Program-made: the position numbers and the translations under genes | From: a virus | Taxonomy: Duplodnaviria > Caudoviricetes | Virus record (IMG/VR): IMGVR_UViG_3300014059_000970 | Coordinates: 58,805 to 122,804 of that record | Direction: 5' to 3' (one strand) | DNA: 64,000 nt | In this document: positions 62,718 through 64,000 of the stretch, one piece after another | Layout: every line of letters begins with the position of its first letter | Position numbering within the stretch: position 1 is the stretch's first letter | The notes under the pieces: generated by a model | Told to the model about the DNA's origin: nothing | What the model saw: only the letters and a program-made list of their open reading frames with translations | Databases searched by the model: none

Positions 62718-63998
62718 TTATAGTACGATTTGTTCGTACCTTGGTCCATTTAGGACTTCGTGCATTAACTCAACTGCGCTCTTATGCTCAACTGCATACT
62801 TAAATGCTGATTGATTGCTACCGCTAATAAGTGTTACCTTATCGTCGTACTTGGTCGCAGGACTTTCCTGACGGGCATTAACATTCCAGAATACAACATG
62901 TGGCAATTCGTATCCAGCTTCCTTAAACTTCCTTTGAGCGGTCTCAAAGTTAGTTTCACTAGAATTACTCATTTGACTATCAAATTGCATGTCTGAAATA
63001 ATATACAATACCGCAGGCATTTCTTCTTGAGTACACTTTGCTTCTACGGCAGCCCTTAAGATTGCATCAAAAGCGGCAGCTAAATCTGTATTATAACCAA
63101 CGTCGTGGTGCTCTACGAAATTTAACTTATCAAATAAATCTCCGCCTTGGATTGTAACAACCGATGGCCTGTTAGTAAAGGTCATATTAGTGTTAGCAAA
63201 ACGACCCTTATTCCTTTCTGCAAAGTATACCGCTAGAGTTGTTGAAACGCTCATTGGGCGTCCCATCATAGAGCCCGAAACATCTGCTAGAACTAACGCA
63301 TTTGTATCGTTAGTATAATCTGGCAAAGCATTCCATAATGCTGTCATAGCATCTAAAACAGCCTTTGTTGGGCGCTCACGACGATATCCCTTAAATAACT
63401 CGTCATAAATCTCATAAGTCATTAAGGTGCCGGCGTTAATCTTCTTTTCGCCCTTTTCTACTGCTTGTAGATATTCTGCATATCCAATTTCATCATGCTT
63501 GCTAAAAGCCTTAACATGCTTACGGTGTGCTTGTGATGGTAGCTTTGAATAATCAATATTGCTCCACTCACGGCTACTCATCTTTTGCTCTAGCAAACCG
63601 ATATACTTACGCAAAGCGCTAACCCTCTTACGATATTGCTTTGGAGCCATATCCCAAAAGCTCATTAGACTACGCGCCTTACGGATTGTTTCCTTTGAAG
63701 ACGCATTTTCTGATGGTAGCCACTTTGCTAAAAGGCTTACGCTTTCGCCCTTAACCATATTTTGTTCGTCTAAAATGAATTGGTCATATAGAATTTCCGC
63801 AGTTTCTTCAACTACTGGAATATCATCAAAACGGCCATATTCTGGCACATAACCAACAACCTTTAGTAACAATTCCTTGTCTAAAGACTTTAGAGTTTCT
63901 TGGAAAACCTTACGCTCTCCTGCACCACCACGAATATCCCGCGCCCATAGCAGGATTCGAATAGCAACATCCTGATTTTCAACCCAAGCCTTAACAAA
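62718..63998 (-). CDS. DUF2828-type TROVE-like/vWA protein (Ro60-related), N-terminus beyond window
   Basis: Frame is open to the window edge. Motifs WARDIRGGAGER, YGRFDD, LAKWLPSE, DVSGSM (MIDAS), NTD, ISDMQFD and VFWNV. Confidence 0.85.
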   Translation of the reverse strand, partial: FVKAWVENQDVAIRILLWARDIRGGAGERKVFQETLKSLDKELLLKVVGYVPEYGRFDDIPVVEETAEILYDQFILDEQNMVKGESVSLLAKWLPSENASSKETIRKARSLMSFWDMAPKQYRKRVSALRKYIGLLEQKMSSREWSNIDYSKLPSQAHRKHVKAFSKHDEIGYAEYLQAVEKGEKKINAGTLMTYEIYDELFKGYRRERPTKAVLDAMTALWNALPDYTNDTNALVLADVSGSMMGRPMSVSTTLAVYFAERNKGRFANTNMTFTNRPSVVTIQGGDLFDKLNFVEHHDVGYNTDLAAAFDAILRAAVEAKCTQEEMPAVLYIISDMQFDSQMSNSSETNFETAQRKFKEAGYELPHVVFWNVNARQESPATKYDDKVTLISGSNQSAFKYAVEHKSAVELMHEVLNGPRYEQIVL

Positions 63999-64000
63999 AT

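Noticed and set aside
1963-63852. Plus-strand ORFs in the ORF track
   Set aside because: They are antisense shadows of minus-strand genes or tRNAs, with no recognisable motifs.
1-64000. Genome-wide stop-codon reassignment suggested by the UCA tRNA
   Set aside because: Conserved genes are full length in code 11, and many end in TGA with ATGA coupling.

Overview
This is an AT-rich segment of a large (jumbo-type) tailed phage genome. Essentially every real gene is on the minus strand and reads in standard code 11. From left to right it contains: (i) 1-17 kb: a putative virion gene, homing HNH endonucleases, PhoH, a sulfotransferase, class II RNR (NrdJ), dCMP deaminase, ThyA, dUTPase, GMP reductase/IMPDH, ClpP, a DeoC-like protein and a sigma-like factor. 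(ii) 17-36 kb: about 32 tRNA or tRNA-like genes covering all 20 amino acids (many atypical, one with a UCA anticodon), mixed with small structured RNAs, secreted proteases, a DNA ligase and a thioredoxin. (iii) 36.5-62.4 kb: a ~26 kb nucleotide-sugar and glycosyltransferase island. (iv) The 3' part of a DUF2828-type TROVE/vWA (Ro60-like) gene. The most striking unexplained structure is a family of seven small RNAs with a covarying 7-bp terminal stem and a conserved ACAGCA(A/G) motif. Four copies lie in tandem directly after the DUF2828 gene and three lie inside the tRNA array. One of the three carries a complete, circularly permuted tRNA-Lys(UUU). I infer a Ro60/Y-RNA-like protein-RNA system presenting tRNA mimics. 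All calls were made by eye from motifs and base pairing, and no database search was run.
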